Program-made: the position numbers and the translations under genes | From: Octopus bimaculoides | Taxonomy: Eukaryota | Reading direction: 5' to 3' | Length of the DNA stretch: 58,546 bases | Assembly: GCF_001194135.2 (NCBI RefSeq) | Contig: NC_068984.1 | Coordinates: 75,823,937-75,882,482, forward strand | Part shown: positions 11,701 through 24,765 of the stretch, in pieces | Layout: the number at the start of each line of letters is the position of its first letter | Numbering within the stretch: position 1 is the first letter of the stretch | The notes under the pieces: generated by a model | Database searches by the model: none | Told to the model about the DNA's origin: nothing | The model's input: only the letters and a program-made list of their open reading frames with translations

Positions 11701-12698
11701 ATGCGCGCGTATATCAGGGATTGGTAACTTGCATATCATCTCCCATGTGTTGTGTTTTTGTGTTTACCAACCTCTCTACAGCAGCAGCAGCAAACAAAGA
11801 TTTGTTAAAAGAAAAGCCTTTTACTGATGTTGGTTGTTCTCAGGAGGGGGTTAGCTGATATGAATGCCAAAATATTTGAAGAATACTTTTCTAACGAATC
11901 AGCATTTCGAAAAGGTTTTTATAGCCTTCAACAGAGCACTTTTCTGGATGTAATGTGCCATGCAGTTGAGTCTCTCGTCCATCTCCCACTCCTTTTTTTT
12001 TTATCTTTTCTCTTACCCATATGGCTTCATTTTTCTGAGACGGAATCAAAATGCTCTGCATGATGTCTTTGTCAAAGAACTTTGGTTATTCAGAATTCTG
12101 CTTTGCCAATGTGATATTTTTCATCACTCTTCCGAGACCAGTCATGTATATAATATAAACTGGTTGATCTTGACTAACTGAATAGCTCGATTCCTTTATA
12201 AAGTTCGCCTGCCGTGTTGAACGTACAAAGCCGTTACTGAGACAAATACAGAAGACGAAAATCAAACCAGGCATGGGTGTGTGTGTATGCGTGCGTGCGT
12301 GTGTTTGAGTGTGTATTTGCGAATACGTGAAGAGAGAGAGAGAGAGAGATAGTAAGCAGGTGAGTAGGAGAGCCTATGACTGAACATAGATATTTGGAAG
12401 GAAGCACGGATAAATGAACTTAAACGCGCGCGTGCGTATGTGTGTTAGGTTCCTTGAAAGGTCTTTTCCTTGACTATACACATTTAAACACATACAGGCA
12501 AAGACACACAAACACACACATACACATGCACACACACACACACACACACACATACACACACACACAAACACACACATATATAGGTGGGTGGAATATATAT
12601 GTGAGCATAAATGTGAGTGCATGTCTGTATGTGTATTTATGCATATGCGTGTATATACTTGTTTGCCGGTATGTGTGTGTGTGTGTGTGTGTGTGTGT

Positions 12699-13487
12699 TC
12701 GGAAACATTGTCTTTGGAAAATTCTTGGGATATACTGGAGAATGGCGAACAGTGATGTAGAAGTACTTGTGAGAAGTTGCAGTAGGAGTGTAGAATCGAT
12801 CATTCTGCAAAGCCGTTTGAGGTGGGCTGGACATCTGGTGAGAATGAATGATAAAAGACTTCCTAACCAATATTTGTATGGTGTGCTGAAAGATCGTAAA
12901 AGCCAGCACATAAACCCAAAATAAGGTTCAAAGACTGCCTTAAAACTGTCTTGACACAAACAGGAAATTCAAATGCTGATTGGGAGTTAGAAGCACAAGA
13001 CCGAAATAGATGGAGGAAAAGAGTGCACAGTGGTTGCTTGAAGTTTGAAAGAGAGAGAATGAAGCACGAGAAGATCAGGAGAACGCTTAGAGAGAATGAT
13101 CCAGTAGAAAATGAAAGAGTATTGATTTTTGTGTGGGTGATTTGTAGGAGGAAATGGTTATGTCACGCAGGCCTGGTCGGTCATCAAAGAAGCTACAGGA
13201 ATCAACCCTTTGTAAATTATAAATACAGCTATTGTTGACAACAGAACATGTACAACCTGTGGAAAGGTGTGCCGTTCAGTTGGAAGATTAAAAAGACATG
13301 TCAAAAGACTTCATACTATGGCACCGGCTCTTTCTGCCAGCCAGCATAACTGTGCATTATGCAATGAAATGTGCAAATCTTTAGCGGGGCTCAAGAGTCA
13401 TATAAGAGCCTCACATTGCATTATCAATGACTCATTGCAATGATTCTTTCTAGCAATGGCTTTGCTCGTATACGAGAAAGCAGCCAC
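12699..13487 (+). mobile_element. RTE-type LINE 3' fragment ending in three C2H2 zinc fingers
   Basis: RLRWAGHLVRMNDKRLPNQYLYG, RFKDCLK and WELEAQDRNRWRK are typical RTE C-terminal motifs; followed by three Cx2Cx12Hx3-4H-type units, stop at 13441-13443, then (TA)n. Confidence 0.85.
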
Positions 13488-13489
13488 TA

Positions 13490-13560
<71 letters not shown>

Positions 13561-13721
13561 CTAACAAATAGAAGCTTCAAAGTCACTGTCACCCTTCTTC
13601 TTGTAAAAGTTTAACAAACATGTACTCTACAAAAAAGTATTGAGTAATTCTTCAATTTAATGTAAAATTATTTTTGTGTGTAACTTGGCGTAAAAACAAT
13701 CATTAGTATCTAATGTTGCAT

Positions 13722-13890
13722 CTAGGGTGGCGAGATGACAGAATCGTTAGCACGCTGGGTGAAATGCTTAGCGACATTTCGTCCGCCTTTACGTTCTGGG
13801 TTCAATTTCCGACGGGACCGACTTTTATTCTTTCAGGATCGATAAAATACGTACCAGTTGAGTGCAGGGATCAAAATTTAAAGCCAATAT
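13722..13890 (+). mobile_element. SINE family A
   Basis: GGTGGCGAGATGACAGAATCGTTAGCACGCTGGGTGAAATGCTTAGCG...GTTCAATTTCC...AAATACGTACCAGTTGAG. Confidence 0.85.
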
Positions 13891-14289
13891 GTGTGTGTGT
13901 GTGTGTGTAATATTTAAATACCTGATGTAGCCATTAAAGCGTTAGACAGAATGTATTAAGCTTTGTTTCAGCTGTCTCCACTGAGTTTAAACCTTGGTTA
14001 GGTCAAATATATCTCTCATCCTTATGGGGTCAGCAAATAAAGTAACAACCTTCTCTAACTTTCTAACTTTCACATTTTAGAGCAGTGTTTCTTAATTTTT
14101 TCTCTGAAGAGCCCCATTTTTTAAGTAGATGTTATGCCTAGCGTCCACTTAAATGTCAGTCAGGTATCGTTGACCCGTGTCAGGATCAAAGATGGGATGA
14201 CCGAGAGGTTGTCTATGATTTCTCATAAATACTTGAGTACCTAGTACTCCTAAACAAAAGTACCATAATAGCTGAAACCAAGAATCCTC

Positions 14290-14435
14290 GCTTGCGAATG
14301 ATGGCAGTAGAATTGTTTGAAGATACGTCGCTGCAACTTGGTCAATTGTCTTCTACTATAGGCCCGGGCCGACCAATGCGTAGTGAATGAATGTGGGAAA
14401 TGAAAACAACTTGGCTGCCCGTCGTATATATATAA

Positions 14436-14510
<75 letters not shown>

Positions 14511-14900
14511 CATACATACATACATACATACATACATACATACATACATACATACACCCTGTTGCTAATGTTGAAATTTCAATGAAGGGGCCTTAGATCT
14601 AGGTTAGAAACCGGCTCTTTCTGTATTGGCAAGAAATCTTGAAATAAAACTGAACAATGACATACATACATACATACATACATACATACATGTGTGCGTC
14701 TGTGTTTATCCCTTTCCATCGCTTGACAGCCGGTATTGGTTTGTTTGCAGCCCTGTGAATTAGCTATTTGACAATAGAGATCAATAGATAAGTATTAGAG
14801 TTTAAAATAAGTACCAAAGTCAATATGTTCTACTAAAACCCTTCAAGGTGGTGCTCCAGCATAGACGCAGTCCAATGACTGAAACAACTAAAAGATTACC
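14290..14900 (+). mobile_element. SINE family B with expanded internal microsatellite and a nested insertion
   Basis: Head ...CTACTATAGGCCCGGGCCGACCAA, (TG)n(TACA)n, 3' part CTTCAAGGTGGTGCTCCAGCAT...TGACTGAAACAA. Confidence 0.8.
14557..14660. mobile_element. 104-bp unique insert bracketed by (TACA)n inside the SINE microsatellite
   Basis: CCCTGTTGCTAATG...GAAATAAAACTGAACAATGA lies between two (CATA)n runs at a position where other family B copies have only microsatellite. Confidence 0.55.
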
Positions 14901-15168
14901 GATACAGGCGTAACCGCCACTGTCAAGTGAGCATGATTTGATTGCATGCATTTTGCTTCCGCTGTTTTAAATGCCTATTTAGTTGCGCGCAAATATTGAC
15001 AGTCCATCAACCAGTCCAGTGAAGCATCCTGGAAGAAGACGGATTTGCACAAGAAATCGCCTGACACGCTGTTTCATTTGAACAGAGTGATGTTTTGTGA
15101 AATAAAATGTTTTGCTGAATTAAGCAGCATGCCGCCAGATTTAGGAATCAAAGCCATACTTTTATGAT

Positions 15169-15228
15169 CGTGAGCCCAACACACCAGCCACTAGGTGCAT
15201 GGCCTAGTGGTTGAGTGTTGAACTCACG
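15169..15228. repeat. Fold-back of two SINE-head halves (imperfect inverted repeat)
   Basis: CGTGAGCCCAACACACCAGCCACTAGG-(TGCATGG)-CCTAGTGGTTGAGTGTTGAACTCACG; the right arm matches the SINE head at 31838. Confidence 0.75.
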
Positions 15229-15494
15229 GTACACACACCTCCACATACAGACAGAGAGAGATAAAGAAAGAGAAAAGACAGATAAACAATAGTAGGTGTA
15301 AGGAATGTATTCACATGCAAAGTTGTGCATACAATTATATGATGCATGAAACTCTTATCGTTACAGCTGTTTCGGATAATCGATGACTGGTACATAATCG
15401 AGCATATTATATAATGACATCCAATAATATAGGTGTAAGATTTGGCACAGATCTTCAAACGCACATACGCACACACACACACACATACACGCGC

Positions 15495-15567
<73 letters not shown>

Positions 15568-15771
15568 TTGTACCGAATGTAATGCCAAAAATAACTGAAC
15601 TTTTTCTGTTAACTAGCAGTTCGTTCAAACTGCCCATGTTGGTAGAGTATCTCTTCCTCTATAATAACTCTTCTTCATAGCAAGCAAATAATAGGTTTCA
15701 AAGAGATGTAATATGCCGTCATTGTAATCTAGACAGAGGGGAGCTGCAAGCTGGCGTGCACACACACAATA

Positions 15772-15935
15772 TTACAACTCGTTTACGGAGATGACACCAC
15801 TGACAAGAGTAATGTGTGCCGATGGATGAAAGAATTTAAAAAAGGTCAAAAAAAGGCAACGTTGAAAACAAGCAACGCAGTGGGAGGCCATCAAATGCGA
15901 CCACAAATACGAACCGCCAACGAGTGCACGGATTA
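15772..15935 (+). pseudogene. Mariner transposase N-terminal (HTH) fragment
   Basis: LQLVYGDDTTDKSNVCRWMKEFKKG, then after a frameshift ENKQRSGRPSNATTNTNRQRV: typical mariner VYG..RW..F..G..RSGRP. Confidence 0.8.
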
Positions 15936-16778
15936 GCGCTGACAGATAAGTTACAACCCTTGTACTTGCATTACAGATGATGGGCGAATATTCCGTCAAA
16001 TATTCCACAAATTGTTAACATAACAGGTCTGATACAGTTGTTCGAGACTGAAGAAAGACTATATACTATTGTCGGGTGTAAGCTGTCGAGTGGTTTTTAA
16101 ACAATTCAAATTGGGGAGAAAATGAATATTTATACTCAGCTATTTATGCTATGAAATGAACTGCAAATCTGTCTTGATTATAAATTCACATTTGTAACTC
16201 AATCATTGATGTAGTTGGTTATGTTACTAATAAATTATTAATAATTGTTTGAAAAATCTTGACTTGCAGGCAATGAAAAAAATCATCTAACTCATCAAAT
16301 TCAGTCTACAATCGGAACAGTAAAAATATACAAGACTTTTCTAAACTTGAACATGAAATCTTTTACTATTCTCCAAGTTCTAATGAATAAATTTTATTCT
16401 TTTTATCTTCAAATTTTTTTTGAAATTAGACTCTCTTTCACAGGAATAATTTAAAGTATACAAATACATAAATATGTATGTATATATATATATACACACC
16501 CACTAACAAGCACTCGAAATACTGACATATGTACAGATGTACCTTAAAGCAGATATATAAAATACATGAGCACAAACATACATAAATCCAAGACAACATA
16601 CAAATGTACATACATTCCTATAAACATACATGCCTACAAATATACACATATAATAATTGCATACATACAAAAGCACAAACACACAGACACATATATACAC
16701 ACGCATGCACATACGCATATACAAATACAAAAGCGTATATGCAAGCAAACACGTATATACATACAGACATACATAAAT

Positions 16779-16823
<45 letters not shown>

Positions 16824-17297
16824 TTCATACGTACAAGAATATACACATACATACGTACATACATATACACATACACACATACGTGCATATATTTATAAAT
16901 AACAAACTGACATCGGAAAGCCAATTAAATTAATTTCATTGACAACAATACAAATTACACACGCCGTGCTAATTCATTAAACGTGTAATTAACAAAGAAA
17001 GGAACGTTTACAAACATCTTCTATCAATTTATCATTGTGTTTGTTTTGTAATTTTCTGTATGTTTTCCTTCTTTTTCAAAATAATCGACCGCAAATTCTA
17101 AATAAATCACAGACACACACCCATATGTTGCATATATATGTACATATGCATGTAAAATGTATGTACGTATGCATATATATATGTGTGTGTGTGTGTGCGT
17201 GTGTGCGTGCATATATACATATATACATATACACACACACATATATATAAGAATATATGTGCATATATACATGTGTACATATGTATATATGTGCAAG

Positions 17298-17328
<31 letters not shown>

Positions 17329-17378
17329 ATGCACATACATATGTGTGTCTGTGTCTCTGTTTGTTTGTGTGGGTCTAA

Positions 17379-17410
<32 letters not shown>

Positions 17411-18782
17411 CTTAGAACTAGATTAGATTAGATCATGTATTATAGCTTGCGAGTAAATTTGAGTATATGAAAATTGTGTAGAAACCAAAGATAAAAATGT
17501 GTGTGAGGAACTAGGAGGGACGCTAGTGCCTGGAAGGCTGAAGATAGAAAGATCTGATCGAACGATTGAATCTTTATCGTCGAACACACTTTTGTTCGTT
17601 TCCAAGATGGCGACGAACACCAACGTCGCATGCAATAGGCTAGAAAATTTTTAAAAAATATACTTCTCATAACATGAAACCAATATTAACCGAGTTGATC
17701 CATAAATAAAGAATACTTATCTACCAATGCTGTATTGAGCACACATTCACACAGTGCATTAAAACGTTCAAACAGATAGACGACACAAAGGCGGACCAGA
17801 GAAACAACAATTAGAAGCACAGGCAAAAAAAACGGGTTATTCTTAGCTTTCTTTCTTCAGTCATTACCAGAAGTCACGACCATTTTGGACAGTTACACTT
17901 GAGATGGTTTGATCTGGTTGTCCCCAAAAATGTCTAATCTAAGAGCATTAGACCCTTTGTAAGAAAGCTAGCGAACGTGTACTGCAACGAAGACCAAAAA
18001 AAAACAAACAAGCAAAAAAAACGGAGAACATAGTACAGAATTACAAATACAAGCAACAAGAAATAACAACAGGCGTCTTTCGACAGAGAACGATTCAAAT
18101 TGAGCTGGCGTGTATGGAGTGAAAGCCTAAAGGCAGGAACATGGGAGATGGACACAAGACGTGTTGACGGTCGGCAGTCAGGCGAAGAAAGAAAAATCAT
18201 GGCTGGCCGGACACCGGACACCGGTCACGTGGAAAGAGGAGAAATGGGTAGAGGACAGCGGGATTAAAGGATTAAAAAAAAATCAGAGACAAAGGAAAAG
18301 ATGCTGGGGAGATAAACGAGTGGGAAATAGTGGGAGATACAATGGGCTTCTTTCAGTTTCCGCCTGCCAAATCCACTCACAANNNNNNNNNNNNNNNNNN
18401 NNNNNNNNNNNNNNNNNNNNNNNNNNNNNNNNNNNNNNNNNNNNNNNNNNNNNNNNNNNNNNNNNNNNNNNNNNNNNNNNNNNNNNNNNNNNNNNNNNNN
18501 NNNNNNNNNNNNNNNNNNNNNNNNNNNNNNNNNNNNNNNNNNNNNNNNNNNNNNNNNNNNNNNNNNNNNNNNNNNNNNNNNNNNNNNNNNNNNNGCGCAC
18601 GCGCGTGCGAAACTTAGAAACAGAAAGTCTTTGATACAGTATTATATATTTGAAAACATGAATAGAAATTGCTTTTCTGATAATCTTTCTACTTTAATAT
18701 TAGATGTTTATAAATTATTAAGTGTTACGAACATGTCCAGATATGTGTACGCACATAGTGCGTGTATGTATGTATGTATGTT

Positions 18783-18829
<47 letters not shown>

Positions 18830-19051
18830 ATATATATATATATNNNNNNNNNNATGTATGGGGATCATCTTAAACGTAAGATACTATTACCGAGTATTAT
18901 TACTCGGTAATAATGTCTTTTCATTTCTTGAGTTAGAGTTAGCATGATGTTTTGATAGGGCTATCTGAAAAAAAACAAATGATACATTAAATAATTTGAA
19001 GGTATAATGAACTAAAAAATGAAAAGTCCTCAAATACACCTCGCACCCTGT

Positions 19052-19088
<37 letters not shown>

Positions 19089-19231
19089 GTAGATACGTAC
19101 ACATATTTGTACACGTTTATATACGTTCAAATGTGGATAAACTTTCGTAGCAGAAATTGTCTCGGGAGAGAAATCTTCTTAGAGATATAGCATGTGACAG
19201 ACACTATTTGGTTATAAATGACGTCATCGGA

Positions 19232-19276
19232 CCATTGATCACATGTTTCTACATCGTTACGTCTCATCAGCTACGG
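19232..19276 (-). ncRNA. Decayed hammerhead-like motif
   Basis: Minus strand CCGTAG-CTGATGA-GACGT(AACG)ATGTA-GAAAC-ATGT-GAT-CAATGG: intact CUGAUGA and GAAAC, but C11.1, the cleavage triplet and one stem-I pair are mutated. Confidence 0.4.
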
Positions 19277-19919
19277 ACCCCGAATCGCCGTTCATAGCTC
19301 ACTGGAAACTAGCCTTTTTGCATTTAAACAGCAAACAATAAATTTTCAGAGACAGACAAACAGACAAAGACAAAGAAGACAGACAGGCAGACACACAGTG
19401 TGTATGTATGTGTGTGTGTGCGCGCGCGCGTTGCGTTTGTGTTTATGTTTCTGTGTGAGAAAGTGAGAATCGAAAAGAGAAGTAAAGAACGTGTAAAGGA
19501 AAGAGATCGTGCTAACCAGCTTGAAGTGTAGTTTACACAAAAGACATATTTAAAGCTTTACTATCTGGCAATGTCATTGGAATATGAAACATGCAGAGCA
19601 TCACGGAGACAATGCTGAAAACAAAAAAATGNNNNNNNNNNNNNNNNNNNNNNNNNNNNNNNNNNNNNNNNNNNNNNNNNNNNNNNNNNNNNNNNNNNNN
19701 NNNNNNNNNNNNNNNNNNNNNNNNNNNNNNNNNNNNNNNNNNNNNNNNNNNNNNNNNNNNNNNNNNNNNNNNNNNNNNNNNNNNNNNNNNNNNNNNNNNN
19801 NNNNNNNNNNNNNNNNNNNNNNNNNNNNNNNNNNNNNNNNNNNNNNNNNNNNNNNNNNNNNNNNNNNNNNNNNNNNNNNNNNNNNNNNNNNNNNNNNNNN
19901 NNNNNNNNNNNNNNNNNNC

Positions 19920-20460
19920 TGGTGGTGCTGGTGGTGGTGGTGGTAGTGTCCCTGTATGATGAAACCGGTGACCGTGATGTTGATGATGGCGATATTGTCA
20001 ATAAAGAAGGAGGAGAAATGTGCAAAAAGACTCAATGAGGAGGAAGAGATGGAGGTTGATGGTGGCGGGGTTGGCATTGTATGGGGGTGTGGCATGATTG
20101 GTGCTGATGTTATTAGCTTACTTCTTTTATTATGAGTATGTATATGTTAGCGTATCTTTGATTCTTATGTCCGTGTTTGTGTTGTGTTCCACCTCTTTGC
20201 CATTATTTAAACAATTTCATTCTCCCAATCTACCCTCACCCTTACATATTACACCCACACATATAACACATACCACCACCCCTACCACCACCACCGCCAC
20301 CAATTCTATCACCATCACTACCGCCACCACCACTGCAAAAAGTTAAACTACAGCATCACCACCACCACCATCACCCCACTACCACTACCACCATCATCCC
20401 CACCACCACCACCATCACCACCACCATCACCACCACCATCACCACCACCGCCACCATCAC
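19920..20460. repeat. (GGT)-rich tract facing a (CAC)-rich tract
   Basis: Directly visible; both tracts run into N gaps. Confidence 0.85.
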
Positions 20461-20950
20461 NNNNNNNNNNNNNNNNNNNNNNNNNNNNNNNNNNNNNNNN
20501 NNNNNNNNNNNNNNNNNNNNNNNNNNNNNNNNNNNNNNNNNNNNNNNNNNNNNNNNNNNNNNNNNNNNNNNNNNNNNNNNNNNNNNNNNNNNNNNNNNNN
20601 NNNNNNNNNNNNNNNNNNNNNNNNNNNNNNNNNNNNNNNNNNNNNNNNNNNNNNNNNNNNNNNNNNNNNNNNNNNNNNNNNNNNNNNNNNNNNNNNNNNN
20701 NNNNNNNNNNNNNNNNNNNNNNNNNNNNNNNNNNNNNNNNNNNNNNNNNNNNNNNNNNNNNNNNNNNNNNNNNNNNNNNNNNNNNNNNNNNNNNNNNNNN
20801 NNNNNNNNNNNNNNNNNNNNNNNNNNNNNNNNNNNNNNNNNNNNNNNNNNNNNNNNNNNNNNNNNNNNNNNNNNNNNNNNNNNNNNNNNNNNNNNNNNNN
20901 NNNNNNNNNNNNNNNNNNNNNNNNTATATATATATATATATATATATATA

Positions 20951-21008
<58 letters not shown>

Positions 21009-21043
21009 AATATATATATATATAAGTACATCTGTGTGTGTGT

Positions 21044-21080
<37 letters not shown>

Positions 21081-22304
21081 GAGAAATACTCTCTTAAGGA
21101 GAAATGTTGTTTGCATTCTTTTTCAACAGGCCATGTATTTGTTTTTCAGCAGATATACAATACGAAACAAATTAGAAAAGTGAGTTTGATGAGAGTCGAA
21201 CTTACGATTCCCCTTTGATGTCTCGGTGTAATTACTACTATACCATAACATCCCCACTGACATTATCTGCTTTCACAATAACACTTTTTTACGTGTTCGT
21301 TCCATTGTTCTTGTTTGTTTTTACATAACGGCTTTTGTTTTTTCAGAGATGGGTAGAGTAAATTTGTTGTCGGTTTAACACCACATCTGGCCTATGGGGT
21401 GCCTTTAGCAAAATACATTCGATTGTAAGTATTCCGGTTAAGTCGCCTTTCCAATGATATCTTCCTTGCTTGCTTCCTTTGGTCGCGTGAGCCGTCGAAA
21501 TGTTTCTTAAACGTTGTACGTTCTCATCTGATAAAAGCTGTGGTTCTCAATCTTTATGACTTGGAGCTCAATCAAACAATAATTATTGGGGCGCTTCTCA
21601 TGCAAAGTTAAAACTTTTGGGCACATTTTACACATGGAATTTTATGCATGGGAAGTTTGAAATTATTCTCACACTGTGCATAGAATTTTTTTTTAATATT
21701 CTTACAAGTGTGCATGAAAAATTTTGAATTATTGGTAGAGTAAAAATTATTGGTATACTCATCATCGGAAGGTTTTTAAAAAATATAGTAAACTTCATAA
21801 TACATTCTTCACGTCATCGAAACAGCAACAACACGAAAAGGTTACACTTTCTCCTCGACTTAAGACCGAGTTCCGTTCCAACTGATAGGTCGTAAGACGA
21901 TCTGGACGTATGTTGGATTTATATTTTTCAACGCTATTTTTATTCAAACAGGTTATAGAAATATAAAACACAAAAATTTAATCCATAATTATTGTACATA
22001 GTGTGAAATATATGTAGTCTATTGCTCTGTAAACAAAAGTACAATCTAAAATTAATGTAAAAATTAAAACAAGTGAAATTCTGCAGACATTCAATAAAAA
22101 AATTGTTCCTGTGAAAAAAGTGCAATTGAAAATAAATTTTTAAATATTAAAACATGAATGGCAGCTTAAACCTGCGAGTGGCACACTTTGCAGAAACAGC
22201 AATGCACAATCACACGATCCCAGTACCTGTATGTAAAACTATCTTCAAACACAAATACAATACTCCAGAGCACAACAAATACTATCTCTCCTACTGTATA
22301 TAAA

Positions 22305-22380
<76 letters not shown>

Positions 22381-23094
22381 CAGTACTTTTTAGTAGAGTA
22401 CATATAGCAACTGTTACTATAAATATTTATCAGGGTTTTCAAGCCTTTTTCAACGTGGCTATTTATATTTATATCATATTATTGGAGACAAATACATACA
22501 TGTAAGTGCATGACATGAAGGTGAATTTTTCCATTGGTATATACATTTATAGAGGTATATATCTTTTCCTTTTTTTTCTTTCATCTGTTTCAGTCATTAG
22601 ACTGCAGCCATGTATGTATAAATGCAGATACCTTTTATCTTTTTGGGATCGATCGGTAAAACAAAGTACCAGTCAAGTACTGGAGTTGGGGATATCACTA
22701 ATCCCTTCCCCTCAAAATTGCTGGCTGGGAGCCTAAATTAGAAAGTGTTATATAGATGATATCTCGAATATGAACAACTTCATCTTTTTACTGTGTAAAA
22801 TAATATTTCTCATACGTCAATAAAAGATTTTTGTTGTTCATGGTTCATGGTGTTTTTCAACTTTAGAACAGATTCTTTTAAATTTATGATTATCTGCTTA
22901 TATCACAGTGTTAGGATGTAGATAGACGACAGCGTGTAGATACAGGCCGTATACTTAGACGATCGAACTAGATTCACATTTTTTATCTTTTACTTGTTTC
23001 AATTATTGAACTTACGGCCTCGCTAGGGCACTTGAAATGTTTAGTCGAGGAAGTCGACCATCATGTACTTAGCTTTTTAAGTCTGGTATTTATT

Positions 23095-23320
23095 CTATCG
23101 GTTTCTGTTTGCCAAGTCGCTGCAGGATATAAACAACCCAATGCCAGTTATCAAATGGCGGGGAACCAATACAAAGACACATGCACAGACATATATACAA
23201 TGAGCTTCTTTTCAGTTTCCGTCGCCCAAAATTCACTCACAATGAATTGTTCGGCCCGGAGCTATAGTAGAAGACAATTGCCCAAGTTGCCGCACATTGG
23301 GACTGAGCCCGAGACCCGGT
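23095..23320 (-). mobile_element. SINE family B
   Basis: GCTTCTTTTCAGTTTCCGTC...TCGGCCCGGAGCTATAGTAGAAGACA...GGGACTGAGCCC is the reverse complement of the family B head. Confidence 0.8.
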
Positions 23321-23974
23321 AATGTTGTTTCTAACAACAATTACCAACACCCAGTAACAATAACAATGTGGTTGTTCAACTTGCCAGAAATAGAAGTTAA
23401 ATCATTATTGAATCATACTTTACCATCTTTAGAAGATGAAGCACACACTGAATATTGTAGTCCTCGGTATACTGGAGAAAGATAAGGAATAATTACGGAT
23501 GGAACATGCTTCCTAGGCTCCTCGATCAAGAGCTGATCTGAGTATGAAGAATAGCAGCAACAACATATGATATTTCAGTTTATATTTCCAATCTCATTCT
23601 TACCAATGATGTCCAAACTAACCTACCACTTCATCCGAGGATCCTGAATTACACAAACACAGTACAATTATTTCGATTTAATACGAATCACGGGTTTAAA
23701 TCTTCTAGGTTATTCAATATATTAATTTCCTTCCAATACCCGGCTTTGCCCGGGTTTATTAATCTCTAAATCAATTTGATACTTATCTATTATCAATACT
23801 TATCACATTTTCATAAATAAACTAATACACTCCTGAGACGAATGTAATAATTGATCGGTGGACTTTCGGAATAGCTGTAACTACCTCATGGAGAAAGAGA
23901 AGAGCAAGTAACTGGGTTACTGTTTAATAGCATTAAAAAATAATTAATAGCGAAAGAAGCAGTATTAATATCTA

Positions 23975-24250
23975 AAGGTAATATTTATCACCACTTAAAA
24001 GTGGATGATATGTTAGAACACAGAATACTGCAATAGCTGCCATGAGAGAACCTTTCATATAGTTTTGTGGTGCACATAAGCACTCTTGTTTACATCACTA
24101 CCGCCATCGCCATCGCCACCGCCAGGACTAATGTATCACGTAATTTCGACTTTCCTTGTGGTCTACCACTGACAAGGTTCTCTCATGGTAACTATCACAG
24201 TCTTCTGTATTTTAACACATCCACTTTTAAGTGGTGGTAAATATTGCCTT
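23975..24250. mobile_element. MITE with ~80-bp terminal inverted repeats and TA flanks
   Basis: Left arm AAGGTAATATTTATCACCACTTAAAAGTGGATG...CCATGAGAGAACCTT (to 24054) pairs with the right arm 24174-24250; TA at 23973-74 and 24251-52. A reversed fragment lies at about 30065-30150. Confidence 0.85.
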
Positions 24251-24765
24251 TAGTAGTTTATTTATTCATCCTTAAGTAAACAGAAAATTTGGTTGTCGAT
24301 AACAGGAAAGTACCATAATTGCATGAATTCATTATATTTCAGATAAATCATCTTCAAAAGGTGCCGACAATCTTCAGTTGTTTGCTTCATTCAGAATTGT
24401 TAATTTTCAACCACCAAGGAAATTCTTCATGTTGAGCGTCACAAAAATACGCAAAATAAGTAAATAATCACATGTAGAATAAAAAATAAAATTTTACTCG
24501 TACGTTTTTAAAAAAAATTTTTGGAAAACATATTTATTTTATTCGAAATAATGTAATAATTTCTCTAGTTTCTCTAAATTATTTTTTTTGCTCATATCTA
24601 TTATATTCTTAGGACTATACAATATTCTAATTCTTTGTTCTTCTCTCTAAATCTATGAAGAACAAATTTCAAGACAAAAGTCATACAACCTACGATTTTC
24701 TTCAAAAGATGTACCACGGTGCATAATTTTAGCTACCTGGTTGCAAAAATGTGGCTTACAACTTG

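Noticed and set aside
11188-11858. Long E/K-rich, S/P-rich and R/K-rich ORFs
   Set aside because: They are translations of a low-complexity purine/pyrimidine tract, open in several frames, with no domain content.
17555-17600. CTGATCGA-ACGAT...ATCGT-CGAAC hairpin
   Set aside because: The core needs an insertion and a deletion to fit, and there is no stem I.
21878-21916. Hammerhead-like CCAA-CTGATAG-GTC(GTAA)GAC-GATC...TTGG, with the same stem II as the 5460 motif
   Set aside because: Both core blocks deviate (CUGAUAG, GAUC) and there is no valid NUH triplet; too degenerate to call.
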